From Opitutales bacterium (GTDB lineage: Bacteria; Verrucomicrobiota; Verrucomicrobiia; Opitutales; UBA2987), in NCBI GenBank assembly GCA_965226205.1, contig CBDDCJ010000026.1:131321-195320 (forward strand): a stretch of 64,000 nucleotides of DNA, read 5' to 3'. The notes beneath the pieces were generated by a model. That model was not told the DNA's origin. It saw only the letters and a list, made by a program, of their open reading frames with translations, and did no database searches. The position numbers and the translations under genes are program-made. Positions 20,466-31,233 of the stretch are shown here, piece by piece (positions within the stretch are counted from its first letter, which is position 1; the number at the start of each line of letters is the position of its first letter).

Positions 20466-21585
20466 ATACTACTCGCTCAATCTGAACGATTTTCTCTCTC
20501 CCATAGTTAGGCGTCCCCGTTAAAATTGGGCGATCAAACATCACTGGGGAGCATGATTAAAGAGCCGTCATCAAGGCGCTGCAAATATCTCAGTTGAGGG
20601 GTATTGTCTTCGAAAGTCCAAACCCAGCCGTCTTTCTGTCCATAGAGATATATCCACCGGTAATTGGATTCGTTGACGAAAATCCATGCTTCCAGACCTA
20701 CATCCCACAGAAAAATGGTATCAGGATCGCTTCCCGCAATGACGTATTGCCAACCGTGCTCGGAGTGATAAATCCAGGGCCAATATTCGACGTTATAATC
20801 GCCGTACCAAGTGGAGGCCCACCAATTGGGAAACCCCGCGATGGGTTGCCCTACAAAGGGATCTCCCTCCAACAAAACGAGTCGGGAGTTGACAGGCAAA
20901 TCCTTGTAAACCTGTTCCATACCACTGGGCCATCTAATCGTAACGCGGTCAACCGGTTCGGTTTGCGGCCCCAGGCCGAAATGGGCTGTCATCTCATTTT
21001 GGGTGAGAAAATTACTGCCGCCGTCAATCTCGTGAACCATAAAATCTAGCGGAGAATCGAGATTGGGGATCACCGTGATGAACGCGCCGATCCCATCGCG
21101 ATTCGATTGCGCGCCGACTGTTTTTATGCGCAGCCAGTTGTTTTGATTGCCGATGTCGTTTCGGTAGAGAACCGGGTGTCCGGCGTGATTTATGACAAAA
21201 ATATCCTGGTCGCCGTCCCGGTCGAAGTCTAATGTCAGCAAACCTTTGCCGTGGGCGAAATCCAGGATTCCCGATAATAACCCGACTTCCGTAAAAGATC
21301 CAAATCCGTTATTCTGGAAAAGGCGTGTTCGGTCTTCGGCGTAATCTCCTTCGAGAAGGTACCCATTGGTATGCACGATATCCTGGTCGCCATCGTTATC
21401 ATAATCCAGGTTGCTGGAAGCCCAGCCCCAGCCTCCATCGAACAACGAAGCCGATTCCGATACCTCGTTAAAAGTCCGGGGATTTTTGTCATGGTCATTT
21501 ATATATAGCTTGTTGCCGGTCCAATAGATGGTGTCGAATTCATAAATTGATGTTACGAACCAGTCGAGAAGTCCGTCCCCATTAA

Positions 21586-23567
21586 CCCATCTTCGACAGT
21601 TCAAAAAGTTAAAGGGCTTATCTAAGCGGGTTGAGGGTTAAATTTTACCGTTTTTCTCCACTACATTCTGGATGATTTTGGGGCGGTTGGGCAGTTTTAG
21701 GCCCATTTTCTTGAGGAGGTCGGCACAGAGTTTTTCCGGTTTGCCTACCAGCCGTAAACGCGCTTCGCGTCCCCCTCGCAGCGGCGCCACCACGTCCATT
21801 GAGCGTAGATTCTCCAGTTCGTGCAACACTTGCCGCGCACAGGTGCCGAGGCCTTTGGCCTGCAGCCAGCTTTCCAGGGCGCGCCACATCGCCAGAGCCA
21901 GAAAACAGATCAGAATGTGCGCTTGCACACGCTTTTCTTTGTGGTGATAGACCGGCCGCAGCCCCAAGTCGCTTTTGGCGCAACGAAAGGCTGCCTCGGC
22001 CTGTGTCAGTTGTATATACCACCGCCACAGCTTTTGTGGGTCTTCCTCCTGGCAGTTGGTTCGCAGCAGATAGGTCCCGTGGGCCAGTTGGGCCCAATCG
22101 GCTTTGCTCTCGTCTTCGGTGATTTGCAATGCGCAGGCCCGTCCGGCGGCGTCGATTTGCACTTCTACGGTGAATATTTTTTCGGCCATGGTGTGGCGGC
22201 CCAGCCAGCGGCCGATACGGCGTTCAACCGGATCGAGTTTCTGCCCTCGCCGACGCAAACTCAGGTCGATCTGGTCGAGCTTTTTGCTTGCTCAGCATGG
22301 CGGCTTCTTTTTGACCCCGTCCCTGGCTGCGGCAAAGCACATATTGCTCGATCTGGGGGCAGTCGGGATGTTTCACCAGTTTGACCTCCACCCCCGCCCG
22401 CACCTCGCAAAAATCGCCTTGCTCGAGCAGATCGAGGGTAAAGTTTTTAAGATGGCTCTTGGGCGTGCCCACGATGTAACGGGCCCCTTTGCCGCGCAGG
22501 TATTCGAGGTTGGCCTCGCTCACCATGCCGCGGTCCAGCACCCAGATGCGATCGGCCACCCCGTAATGCGATTCCATCAACTCGACCCTCTCCTGCACCG
22601 TGGTCACATCGGCGCGGTTGCCGTCGAAAACCTCATAGGCCAGGGGCAGCCCTTCGGGTGTCACCACCAGTCCAAGACATACCTGCTTGCAATCCGGCCG
22701 CTGGTCCCGGCTGTAGCCGCGCTGGGCCTGGGCATTGCCCTCGCACCGGCCCTCAAAATAGGTGCTCGTTATGTCGTATAAAAGAAACTCGAAACGCGTC
22801 CCAAACCAGCTTTCATAGCGTCCTTTAAGATGACTGAACAGTTCCCGGCGCAAGGGCAAGACACGATCCAGTCCGCGATACAAACGGTTGTCATAGACCT
22901 CATCCACATCCACCGCCATCAAATCCTCCAGCGCCGTCGAGCCATACCAGCGCTCGGCCAGAGCCAGCTCCGAGGCCTGTTCGCAAAAACGCCCCAGCGC
23001 CAGAATCGAGGCCACCTGGGCCCAGCCCACCGACTCCCGGCCCGGCGGCAAATGCTCCTCGAAGAAACGATGCAGCCCCAGCCGCCGCCACAGCGCCAGA
23101 GCCACATACACTTTGCCAAATTGACGCACCCGCTCCACCCGTATCCGACCCAGATTCACCTGCGCCCACAACGGAGCCTCCGGTTTATCCTCGGCAAATA
23201 AATCCAACTGCTCGGCCCCCGCAGCCTCATCATCGCCATCGAGGAGCCGACCGATCTGCTCCCAACCCAACCGCTCATCCTCATCGAGCCCCGGCTCCTT
23301 GCCAATGTGGGCCACGATGCGCTGGCGCGGCCCCTTGGCTGTGCGCACCGACTCCACCAGCGTCCAGTAATCATAATCCTGGCCCTTCTTACGACGACGG
23401 TGGCGACGCAAATACATCAACACCGACCCTGCACTACTTCTCCGAAAAGGCAATAGAGTGGTCTGCACTACACGGCATATTCACACCCCAACCCTGACAA
23501 CCATGCGCCCTACAGCACGAAAAACCCTAAAAATAATCGATTTACCCCCCCAACTGTCGAACTCAGG
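21586..23567 (-). mobile_element. IS1634-family element, copy A (1982 bp, defective)
   Basis: Ends CCTGAGTTCGACAGTT / CCCATCTTCGACAGTT; TTAA at 21582-21585 and 23568-23571; nearly identical to copy B. Confidence 0.92.
21638..23468 (-). pseudogene. IS1634 transposase frameshifted by a 17-bp deletion
   Basis: Split into ORFs 22224..23468 and 21638..22258; lacks GCAAAAGGAGCGTTTGC, which is present in copy B at 32515-32531. Confidence 0.9.
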
Positions 23568-24632
23568 TTAAAATCGGCAATGGTGGACCCCATCCCGTGG
23601 TCAGCCAATCCTACCCCCCCGGCTGCAGTACCGTCCGAAAAGGTGCTGTTCCCATTATTCCAAAAGAGCCGGCTCTCTTCAAAATCGGACATCACCACCA
23701 AATCCGGATGTCCATCCCGGTCGAGATCCGAAAAGCGGGGCGCGAAACCATAAGTGCCCTCCATCGAATCGCCCTCCACGCCGTCCAGGGAAACACCCGC
23801 AGCCACCGTGACGTCCTCAAAATGACCAGGGTTGCCACCGCCGAGGTTTCGCAAAAGCCGGTTATGGGAAGGCAAACCGTGTGGGTTTTGCTCTTCGTTG
23901 TTCCTCCGCCACTCGGCCACATAGATATCCAAATACCCGTCCAGGTCGTAATCCCCAAAAGCGATACCCTGCCCATAATGCGGATTATCATCGGCCAGCG
24001 AAGCGCCCCGCGTAACCGCTTCTTCGGTAAACCGCCCCTCCCCGTCATTGATATAAAGATAAAACCGGGAAGAGTTGTAAGCCGTCACATAGAGGTCGAG
24101 ATCACCATCATTGTCGATGTCCCCCCAAGCCGCTCCATTTGAACCAGACGGTTGTGCCTGATCGAGTCCAGCAGTTACCGTAATGTCTTCAAATGTTCCG
24201 TCCCCTTTATTGCGAAAAAGTATGGGAGGATCGTCGTGCCGGGTTATAAAAAGGTCCACCCAACCGTCGTTATCGTAATCTCCCGCCGCGGCCCCTCCCG
24301 TAATGTTCACCTGCAATGTGGACGTCTTATCGGCGCTTAATTCTCTCTTTTGCAGATAATCGACTCCCGCCAAATCGGTCACATTCGTAAAATCGCGAGC
24401 CGACAGGCCCAAAAACGATCCGGCGGCCACCGAGAGCGAAGTCCAAACAGTTCTCCAAAGGGGACCTTGAGGGCCAAATATGCGAAATTTGTACAACCCG
24501 GGATGACCTATTTTAAATTATATAATCCGTTAAAATCGCTGCCCTTGATTATTCCTCGCCGCTTGCGGTGGTGTGAAATAAAAATAACTTGTTCCCCGAC
24601 CGATGTCCGTCCGCTCCCCGTAGAAGGAAAAA

Positions 24633-24666
24633 CACAGGGAGCATCCAGTTATGGATGCTCCCTGTG
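24633..24666 (-). terminator. Rho-independent terminator after the TonB-dependent receptor
   Basis: Perfect 15-bp stem CACAGGGAGCATCCA/TGGATGCTCCCTGTG, 4-nt loop, followed by TTTTT on the minus strand. Confidence 0.85.
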
Positions 24667-24712
24667 GGATTGTGCTTTTTTATTTATATGTTAAAAGGAA
24701 AAACTCCTTACC

Positions 24713-27574
24713 TTAGAATTGCCTTCTGAGTCTCATGTAGTAGAAGGCGCCGACATTGTTGTGCAAGAAACCGTCGTACCTGTCGTTGTAAGCGCCAGCC
24801 GTGTAGGGCGCAGGTTCATCGGTAAAGTTATCAATTCCGATTGCGACATCCATGCCGAGTTTTTTGATATTATAGCGGGCCTGGAAATCCAGGGTGACCC
24901 ATTCACTAACGTCACGCATGCCGCCAGGGTTAAAGTCACCGGGGGCGCCGGCTTCCGTAGCGCCGGGATCATCATGGAGCGAGGAGATGTAATTTAGGGT
25001 GAAGCTGGCCCCATAGTGTTCCCGGTTCCAATCAACGGAGAAATAACCCTTGAAGCGCGGCAGGCTGCCATTGAGACTCGTGTTGTCCTGGGGCACATAG
25101 GTTCCGGCCAAGCCGATAAAGGGCTCGTCAGAGTTTATCTGATCGTCAAACTGGCTGATATAAGACCCGCTGCCGATCAACTTGATGCGACCCCAGTCGC
25201 TCTTGGGGAAATCGTAGCTGAAGGTGGCGTCATAGCCCTGGATATTGCGCGCCCCGATATTGAGCACGACATTGTCAACCTGGCGCAGGCTCCCGTCCGG
25301 ATTGCGATGCACCTGAGAGGCAAACAGTCCATTGAAGGCATTCTGGTTGACGATAAACTGCGCGCTCAGGTTGCCGGAGACATTTAGCTGCTCGATTCGA
25401 TAATAGTCGAAGGTGAATGTCAGGCCCTTGGCAAATGAAGGCGAATAGACGGCCCCGGCGGTATACGATTTAGCGGTCTCCGCAAAAAGATCCGGATTGC
25501 CTCCTGAGACAACCAGAAACTGAATCTGGTCGGATCCCGGGGGCGCCAGCGGATCGACAAATGTGTCGAAGGATTCGCTTTGGCCGGAGAAAAGGTCTTC
25601 CAGGGCGGGCGCGGAGAAACCTTCTGAATAGGTGGCCCGCAGGAGCAGGCTGCCAACAGGCTTCCAAATCAAACCGACTTTCGGGTTGGTGGTGGTCCCG
25701 AAATCACTGTAATTGGAGAACCGCACTGCGGCCGAGAGCATCAGGGTCTGAGCCCCGGGCACATCCGTAAGCAACGGTACATTAACCTCAAAAAAGCCTT
25801 CTGATACTTCGCGTCTGCCCTTGGTGGCCTCGAAGTTGACCGACCCGATGGTGTTTCCAGAGGCCGTCAGGGCGTCGGGAGCATCACTGATGGTTTCCTC
25901 GCGGTAGTCGAAGCCGGTGGCAAAACCGAGGGTTCCTGCGGGAAGATCCAAAATCGGCCCGGTGATGTGAAAGGATGCGCTGGCCAAAGTTGCGACACTG
26001 AAACGAGAATTCGTAGTCGCAATATAATCGATCATATCCTGGGTTATGGTGTTGGGTTCTCCGACTTTTTCAGTGGGGGCTCCGAAGAGGTTCAAGGCAA
26101 CAGCGCCCGGGAATTCATCGGGATCGCCTAAAGAGGCGATGGTGCGGTCGAAATTGAGGATTCCTCCACTTAGTTCGGAACGTTCGTCCTTGTTGTAGAG
26201 GTAAGAGACTTCCCAATTGTATTTATCAAAAATCGTACCGCGCGCTCCCCCCACGAACCGGAAGATATTACCGGTTTGAAGAAAGGTCCGGGGACCGATT
26301 TCCAGGTTGCGCTTGCGAACGCCGACGAGGGTTCCCTCAGGTACGCCGTCCTCTCCATTGGACTTAAGTTCGACAGGATTGCCGTCCGAAATAACATTGC
26401 CATCAGTATCCCGCACGACAAGGGATTTGTCGTAAAGAATATTGCCCAATCCCGGTATCGGGTCCACCGAATCGGTGCCCCGTGGGGTAAACGGGTTCCA
26501 CGGATTAAAGGCCGAGATCGGTATGGCGCGGGATTCGAATTGAGAGAACAAGGGAGTGGGCGCAGCCGAATTGTAGGTCGTGATCTGGCTAAAGGATGCC
26601 TCCGAAAACAACGTGATGCCGGGGTTAATTTCATATTGACCGAGGAAGGAGATATTTTTCGCGTTCTGCGGCAATTCCGATGGCGTGATTTCATTGAAGT
26701 TAAAGACATCATCGGCAGTTTGGCCACGGTAATCGTCCACCGAAGTTCCCTGAGTAACGCCCTCCTTCAAAAAGAGGTTTCCCAGAGTTGGATGAACCAG
26801 CCGGGGCCGGGGCGGAGCGCTGCTGCGCTGATCCAAACCACCTAGGCTCGAACCATCGGCAGTATGGGATATCTCACGGTCGCGGCTCATGATGCCGTTC
26901 CTTTTCCGGTATCCGGCCGTTATAAAGGCCTGCCCTTTCTCCGAAGTGGCGCCCCAATAGGCGTTCAGGTTTACGGCGCTGCGGTCTTTGTCAAAGGTGT
27001 TGCCGTAATAGGCTTCAATGCCAGCGCCCTCGAAATCCTCGCGTAGTTTGAAATTGATCACGCCTGCGATGGCATCCGATCCGTAAATGGCCGAGGCACC
27101 GTCTTTAAGAACTTCGATGGTATCAATCGCCTGCGAAGGTATGCCGTAAATATCGGGCGCGCCGAGGGCGGCCGTAAAGCCGACATTGACCACGCGGCGG
27201 CCATTGATAAGGATGAGGGTGTTGGAGGCGGGAAGTCCGCGCAGGCCGACGGAGGCATTACCGCTGCCGCCGTTCGATATGTTGGAGCTGATGTTGCCGC
27301 CACCGATGACCGCTGGAAGCTTGCGTAGAAGCTCGGCGGTGGTTACCGTGGCCGCCCGGTCGATGTCCGCGCGTGTCAGGATGTCCACCGGAGCAACGCC
27401 TTCAATATCGATGCGTGCGATGCGGGAGCCAGTAATAATCAACTCCTCGAGTTCCATTTCTTCATCTTCTTCGTCCTGGGCAGTCAGGTTGACCGCAAAT
27501 AGAAGCGCGGGAACAATGAGCAGCCATCCAAAACGAAGGTGCCATGGGTAGTTTTTTTGTAGTTTGTTTTTCAT
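24713..27574 (-). CDS. TonB-dependent receptor
   Basis: Signal peptide, TonB box EELIITGSRI, plug motif IEVLKDGASAIYGSDAIAGVINF, C-terminal F. Confidence 0.95.
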   Translation of the reverse strand: MKNKLQKNYPWHLRFGWLLIVPALLFAVNLTAQDEEDEEMELEELIITGSRIARIDIEGVAPVDILTRADIDRAATVTTAELLRKLPAVIGGGNISSNISNGGSGNASVGLRGLPASNTLILINGRRVVNVGFTAALGAPDIYGIPSQAIDTIEVLKDGASAIYGSDAIAGVINFKLREDFEGAGIEAYYGNTFDKDRSAVNLNAYWGATSEKGQAFITAGYRKRNGIMSRDREISHTADGSSLGGLDQRSSAPPRPRLVHPTLGNLFLKEGVTQGTSVDDYRGQTADDVFNFNEITPSELPQNAKNISFLGQYEINPGITLFSEASFSQITTYNSAAPTPLFSQFESRAIPISAFNPWNPFTPRGTDSVDPIPGLGNILYDKSLVVRDTDGNVISDGNPVELKSNGEDGVPEGTLVGVRKRNLEIGPRTFLQTGNIFRFVGGARGTIFDKYNWEVSYLYNKDERSELSGGILNFDRTIASLGDPDEFPGAVALNLFGAPTEKVGEPNTITQDMIDYIATTNSRFSVATLASASFHITGPILDLPAGTLGFATGFDYREETISDAPDALTASGNTIGSVNFEATKGRREVSEGFFEVNVPLLTDVPGAQTLMLSAAVRFSNYSDFGTTTNPKVGLIWKPVGSLLLRATYSEGFSAPALEDLFSGQSESFDTFVDPLAPPGSDQIQFLVVSGGNPDLFAETAKSYTAGAVYSPSFAKGLTFTFDYYRIEQLNVSGNLSAQFIVNQNAFNGLFASQVHRNPDGSLRQVDNVVLNIGARNIQGYDATFSYDFPKSDWGRIKLIGSGSYISQFDDQINSDEPFIGLAGTYVPQDNTSLNGSLPRFKGYFSVDWNREHYGASFTLNYISSLHDDPGATEAGAPGDFNPGGMRDVSEWVTLDFQARYNIKKLGMDVAIGIDNFTDEPAPYTAGAYNDRYDGFLHNNVGAFYYMRLRRQF

Positions 27575-27608
27575 GCTATCAGGTATTTTTCTGTTAACGT
27601 TTTAACTA

Positions 27609-29432
27609 GAGGCTGTCCCAAAAATATAAAGATTTTGTAGTCAACTGGATGACGTTTATAAAAATAGCCGGAAAGAGCATTTTTTTGCTCGATCCGGCTA
27701 AAAAAAGGTTCTATAATTGCGTTAGCGAAAATCAATATAGCCCTTTCTATGAAAAATATAGCCATCCAATGCCTCCTGCGTCCAGCTTTAACTGTGGTCG
27801 ACCGTTGCCTCGATTACGATAACTTTCGCGCCACCATCGAGCGTATCGACCGGCTGCTGATCGATTCGGAGGTGGAATCGCAGGGCGTTGATCTGGCCTT
27901 GGAAAGAGGCCAGCCAATGAGTGTAAAGGCCCGGCAAAAGCGGGCTAATTTTGCCCTCAAGGCGTTGCGTATGGAAACGCTGCGTTATCTGCTCGGTGGG
28001 ATTTCGTTTCGGCATTTGTCGAGGGCTCTGGGCAGCAGCGATCTGTTGGCTGACTTTTGTCGTGTCCGCCATATCGACGGCATAAGGGGCATCTCCAAGA
28101 GCACCCTGGAACGGGCCTCGAAGTTTTTCAGCGAAGAGCAGTTGAGGGCCTTGCACCGGACCTTGACTGAGGTTGTGGGCGATGCCGATCTGGCCCGGCA
28201 GGTGGTGGGATTGGACAAGCCGATAGACACCACCATTTGCCTGATCGACGGCACCTGTTTGGAGGTCAACATTCATTGGCCGACGGACTGGGTGCTGCTC
28301 AAGGATGTAGCGGGCACGCTGCTCAAAGCGATCCGGCTGATCCGTGAGAAGGCCGGTTTGCGCCATCGCATGCCGATCGAACCGGAGCCCTTGGCTCGGC
28401 AGATGAATCGGCTGTGCATACAGATGACCCACAGCCGGCGGCGAAAGGACAGCGCGCGGCAACGCAAGGGTATCTTGAGGCAGATGAAAAAGCTGCTCAA
28501 ACGGATCGGGGAGCATGCCCGCAGTCACCGGGAATTATTGCAAGCCTGCTGGGAGCAAAGCGATTACAGCGAAAAACAGGTCCAACAGATCCTTACCCGG
28601 ATGGAGCGCATGAGCGAGCTAATCCCGGTGGTCATCAAGCAAGCGCACGAGCGAATCATTGGCGGCCGCCAGGTGAAAAACGCAGAGAAAGTTTTGAGTG
28701 TTTACGAACCCGATGCGCAGGTGATTGTGCGAGGCAAAGCGGGCCAAGAGGTTGAGTTTGGCAACACCCTGTTTTTGGGTGAAAGCGTTGAAGGATACCT
28801 GCTGGACTGGAAACTCTACGGCAGCCGGACGCCAAGCGAAAATGAACAAATGCAAGAGAGTTTGCAAAGACAGAACCGCTTCAACCTAGCCGAACCCATA
28901 GCGGCCATGTGCGCGGACCGGGGATTCGCCTCCCAGCGGGCCCGCCGGCAGTTAGCCCAGGAGGGCATCTACGATGCGCTCTGTCCACGCGATCCGAAGC
29001 AGTTGAAAAAACGGATGGAGGAACCACACTTCAGGCAATTGCAAAAGCGCCGGGCCAGCACCGAAGGGCGGATCGGGGTATTGAAGAATCGCTGGCAGGC
29101 CGGGCGATTGCGCAGCAAAGGCTTTGCCAACCGCTCGATCAGCGTAGCCTGGTCGGTCCTCTCGCACAATCTATGGAAAGTGGCCAAGATGCTGGCCCAG
29201 CAAGATGAACTAAAAACCAAAGCGGCGGCCTAAATAAAGAGCGGAAAAGCAAGGACAATACTTTTTCACAGGCCTACTGTCGGCCCATACAAAGAAAACC
29301 AGGCAAACGGACCCCAAAACCAGAATCCTAACGTCATAGGAGAGCAAAGTCACCCCCTCCCAAAAGAAAATACCTCTAAAATGAACACTCTTCAAAATCC
29401 CCTCGCAAAAATCACCCTTTTGGGACAGCCTC
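27609..29432 (+). mobile_element. ISNCY (ISDol1-like)/IS5-related element, 1824 bp
   Basis: Perfect 15-bp IR GAGGCTGTCCCAAAA; 6-bp flanks TAACTA/TAAATA (1 mismatch); single DDE transposase. Confidence 0.85.
27749..29233 (+). CDS. DDE transposase (ISNCY/IS5-like)
   Basis: DGTCLEVNIHWPTDWVLL, KGKxxxxVEFG-like RGKAGQEVEFG, ADRGF, RASTEGRIG. Confidence 0.9.
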   Translation: MKNIAIQCLLRPALTVVDRCLDYDNFRATIERIDRLLIDSEVESQGVDLALERGQPMSVKARQKRANFALKALRMETLRYLLGGISFRHLSRALGSSDLLADFCRVRHIDGIRGISKSTLERASKFFSEEQLRALHRTLTEVVGDADLARQVVGLDKPIDTTICLIDGTCLEVNIHWPTDWVLLKDVAGTLLKAIRLIREKAGLRHRMPIEPEPLARQMNRLCIQMTHSRRRKDSARQRKGILRQMKKLLKRIGEHARSHRELLQACWEQSDYSEKQVQQILTRMERMSELIPVVIKQAHERIIGGRQVKNAEKVLSVYEPDAQVIVRGKAGQEVEFGNTLFLGESVEGYLLDWKLYGSRTPSENEQMQESLQRQNRFNLAEPIAAMCADRGFASQRARRQLAQEGIYDALCPRDPKQLKKRMEEPHFRQLQKRRASTEGRIGVLKNRWQAGRLRSKGFANRSISVAWSVLSHNLWKVAKMLAQQDELKTKAAA

Positions 29433-29555
29433 TAAATAAGAAAATTTAATTCGCTTCCACACTGGCAATGGTGGGATGGGATTGACAAATTCCTGTTCCT
29501 CCCTACTAGCATCTAATTGGCTAGCCGGTATTTGCCAAATTGCTGGTGTCAGAAC

Positions 29556-30197
29556 TTAAACTTTATCCACGATGGCGTCGGCCAGGCCGTAATCGATGGC
29601 TTCCTGGGCGTTCATGTAAAAATCACGATCGGTGTCTTTGCGGATTTTCTCGATGGGTTGGCCGGAACTTTTCGCGAGTATGCCGTTGAGTTCGTCGCGA
29701 AGTTTCTCCATTTCCTGGGCCTGAATGTGGATATCGACCGCCACACCCATCATACGGCCGGTGATAAGGGGCTGGTGAATCAAGACGCGCGAGTGAGGAT
29801 AGAGCAAGCGTTTGCCCTTTGCTCCGGCGCATAAAAGTACCGATCCCATGCTGGCAGCCATCCCTGTGACGACCACGGTGATGGGCGAGCTGATCAGCTT
29901 CATGGTGTCGAAGAGGGCCATGCCGGCGGTGATGGAGCCGCCCGGAGTGTTCATGTAAAAAATGATTTCTTTGCCCGGGTCGATCGATTCGAGGTAGAAG
30001 AATTTATCCGTCACATCGCGGCAGCTTTCATCGGTTACTTCCCCCCAAAGGAATACTTTCCTCTCTGCGAGGAATTTTTTCTGCATGATATTGCGGATGC
30101 TTACGGCCTCATCCCGAGGTTCCGCTTCGTCTTTGAGCATTTTCATAAATAGTCCGGTAGAAGATTCTTGAATCACAAAATTTAGAGAAAGAGCCAT
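29556..30197 (-). CDS. clpP: ATP-dependent Clp protease proteolytic subunit (start uncertain)
   Basis: MNTPGGSITAG, AASMG (catalytic Ser), IHQP, DTDRDFYM, AIDYGLAD. Confidence 0.95.
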   Translation of the reverse strand: MALSLNFVIQESSTGLFMKMLKDEAEPRDEAVSIRNIMQKKFLAERKVFLWGEVTDESCRDVTDKFFYLESIDPGKEIIFYMNTPGGSITAGMALFDTMKLISSPITVVVTGMAASMGSVLLCAGAKGKRLLYPHSRVLIHQPLITGRMMGVAVDIHIQAQEMEKLRDELNGILAKSSGQPIEKIRKDTDRDFYMNAQEAIDYGLADAIVDKV

Positions 30198-30322
30198 CTA
30201 TTAGCCCACTCTGGCATCGACACCAAGCAAAAAATTTTCATCTTTGTGTTAGGAAATTGGACACAGGAAGATAGTTGACTTGCTCCGGTTTGTTTGAGAA
30301 CCCTCTTGGATTAGCCTAGTAA

Positions 30323-31036
30323 ATGAAAAAGAAATCAACCAAAAAGAGGAATATTGAAACCGCCGACCCGCGTCAGGCAGGGTCTGGGGAAACACCACCT
30401 GGGGATGGCGATTTCGAGGAGCAGGCGCTGCAATTATGGGGTCTCTATGGGAATCGCCTTGTCATGGTCGTGGCGCTGGTGGTTGTGGCTGTGCTGGCTT
30501 ACCAGATTTCCGGATATCTTGCCCAACGCAATATGGAGAAGATTCAGATGGCTTACCAGGAAACCGAAAACTCAGCCGGTCTGGTCGATTTCGGATCGGA
30601 ATATTCCAGCCATCCGCTGGGTGGGTTCGCCTATTTGCAAGCGGCACACCAGGAATACGAGCAAAAACAGTATGAGGAAGCGGCCGGGTATTATGAAAAA
30701 GCTGCTGAAATTTTAGCGGATACGCCTTATGCGGGCCGGGCGCAACTTGGTTATGCCATGGCCAATCTATCAAACGGTCAGGCCGGTATTGCCCGGCAAA
30801 CCTTGGAAACCCTGGCCGGAGATGAATCCGCGCTCGATTCAACCCGAGCCGAAGCGGCTTACAACCTGGCCATCCACTATTGGGAAGAGGAAGAATTCGA
30901 CGCGGTGAAAGAGCAACTTGATTTTATCGAAACGCTGGCCAAGCCCGGCTACTGGATTTGGGCCATCAAGGCGGGCCAACTGCGCGACAGCATTCCCGAA
31001 CTTCGAGTCGAAGAGACGAAAACGGCCGGGCTTTAG
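30323..31036 (+). CDS. Membrane-anchored TPR/YfgM-like protein
   Basis: Single TM near the N-terminus followed by TPR-like helical repeats. Confidence 0.7.
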   Translation: MKKKSTKKRNIETADPRQAGSGETPPGDGDFEEQALQLWGLYGNRLVMVVALVVVAVLAYQISGYLAQRNMEKIQMAYQETENSAGLVDFGSEYSSHPLGGFAYLQAAHQEYEQKQYEEAAGYYEKAAEILADTPYAGRAQLGYAMANLSNGQAGIARQTLETLAGDESALDSTRAEAAYNLAIHYWEEEEFDAVKEQLDFIETLAKPGYWIWAIKAGQLRDSIPELRVEETKTAGL

Positions 31037-31233
31037 GGCGGTTTACGGCGCCCGGAAAACTTCTGTGAATTAAGGACAGCCGGAGGTTGTGCTGAATATA
31101 CAATCGCTGTTTGCCCGGACAAAAAAACGTTCCTCGGGATTTTCATTGGGGAAGGACCAGACCCAGCCGGGAGTGTCGCCAAAGAGAAAAAACCAGCGGT
31201 AGGTATTTTCATTGAGAAAAATCCATTCGTTAA

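Larger units (their letters stand above)
20534..24496 (-). pseudogene. CRTAC1/FG-GAP repeat + ASPIC-UnbV protein, split by IS1634-like element
   Basis: FG-GAP motifs DYDNDG/DIDNDG/DFDRDG and ASPIC-UnbV (NFLTQNEMTAHFGLG...RWPSG); removing the IS and one TTAA restores GSTIADFNGDGLLDWFVT. Confidence 0.9.
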
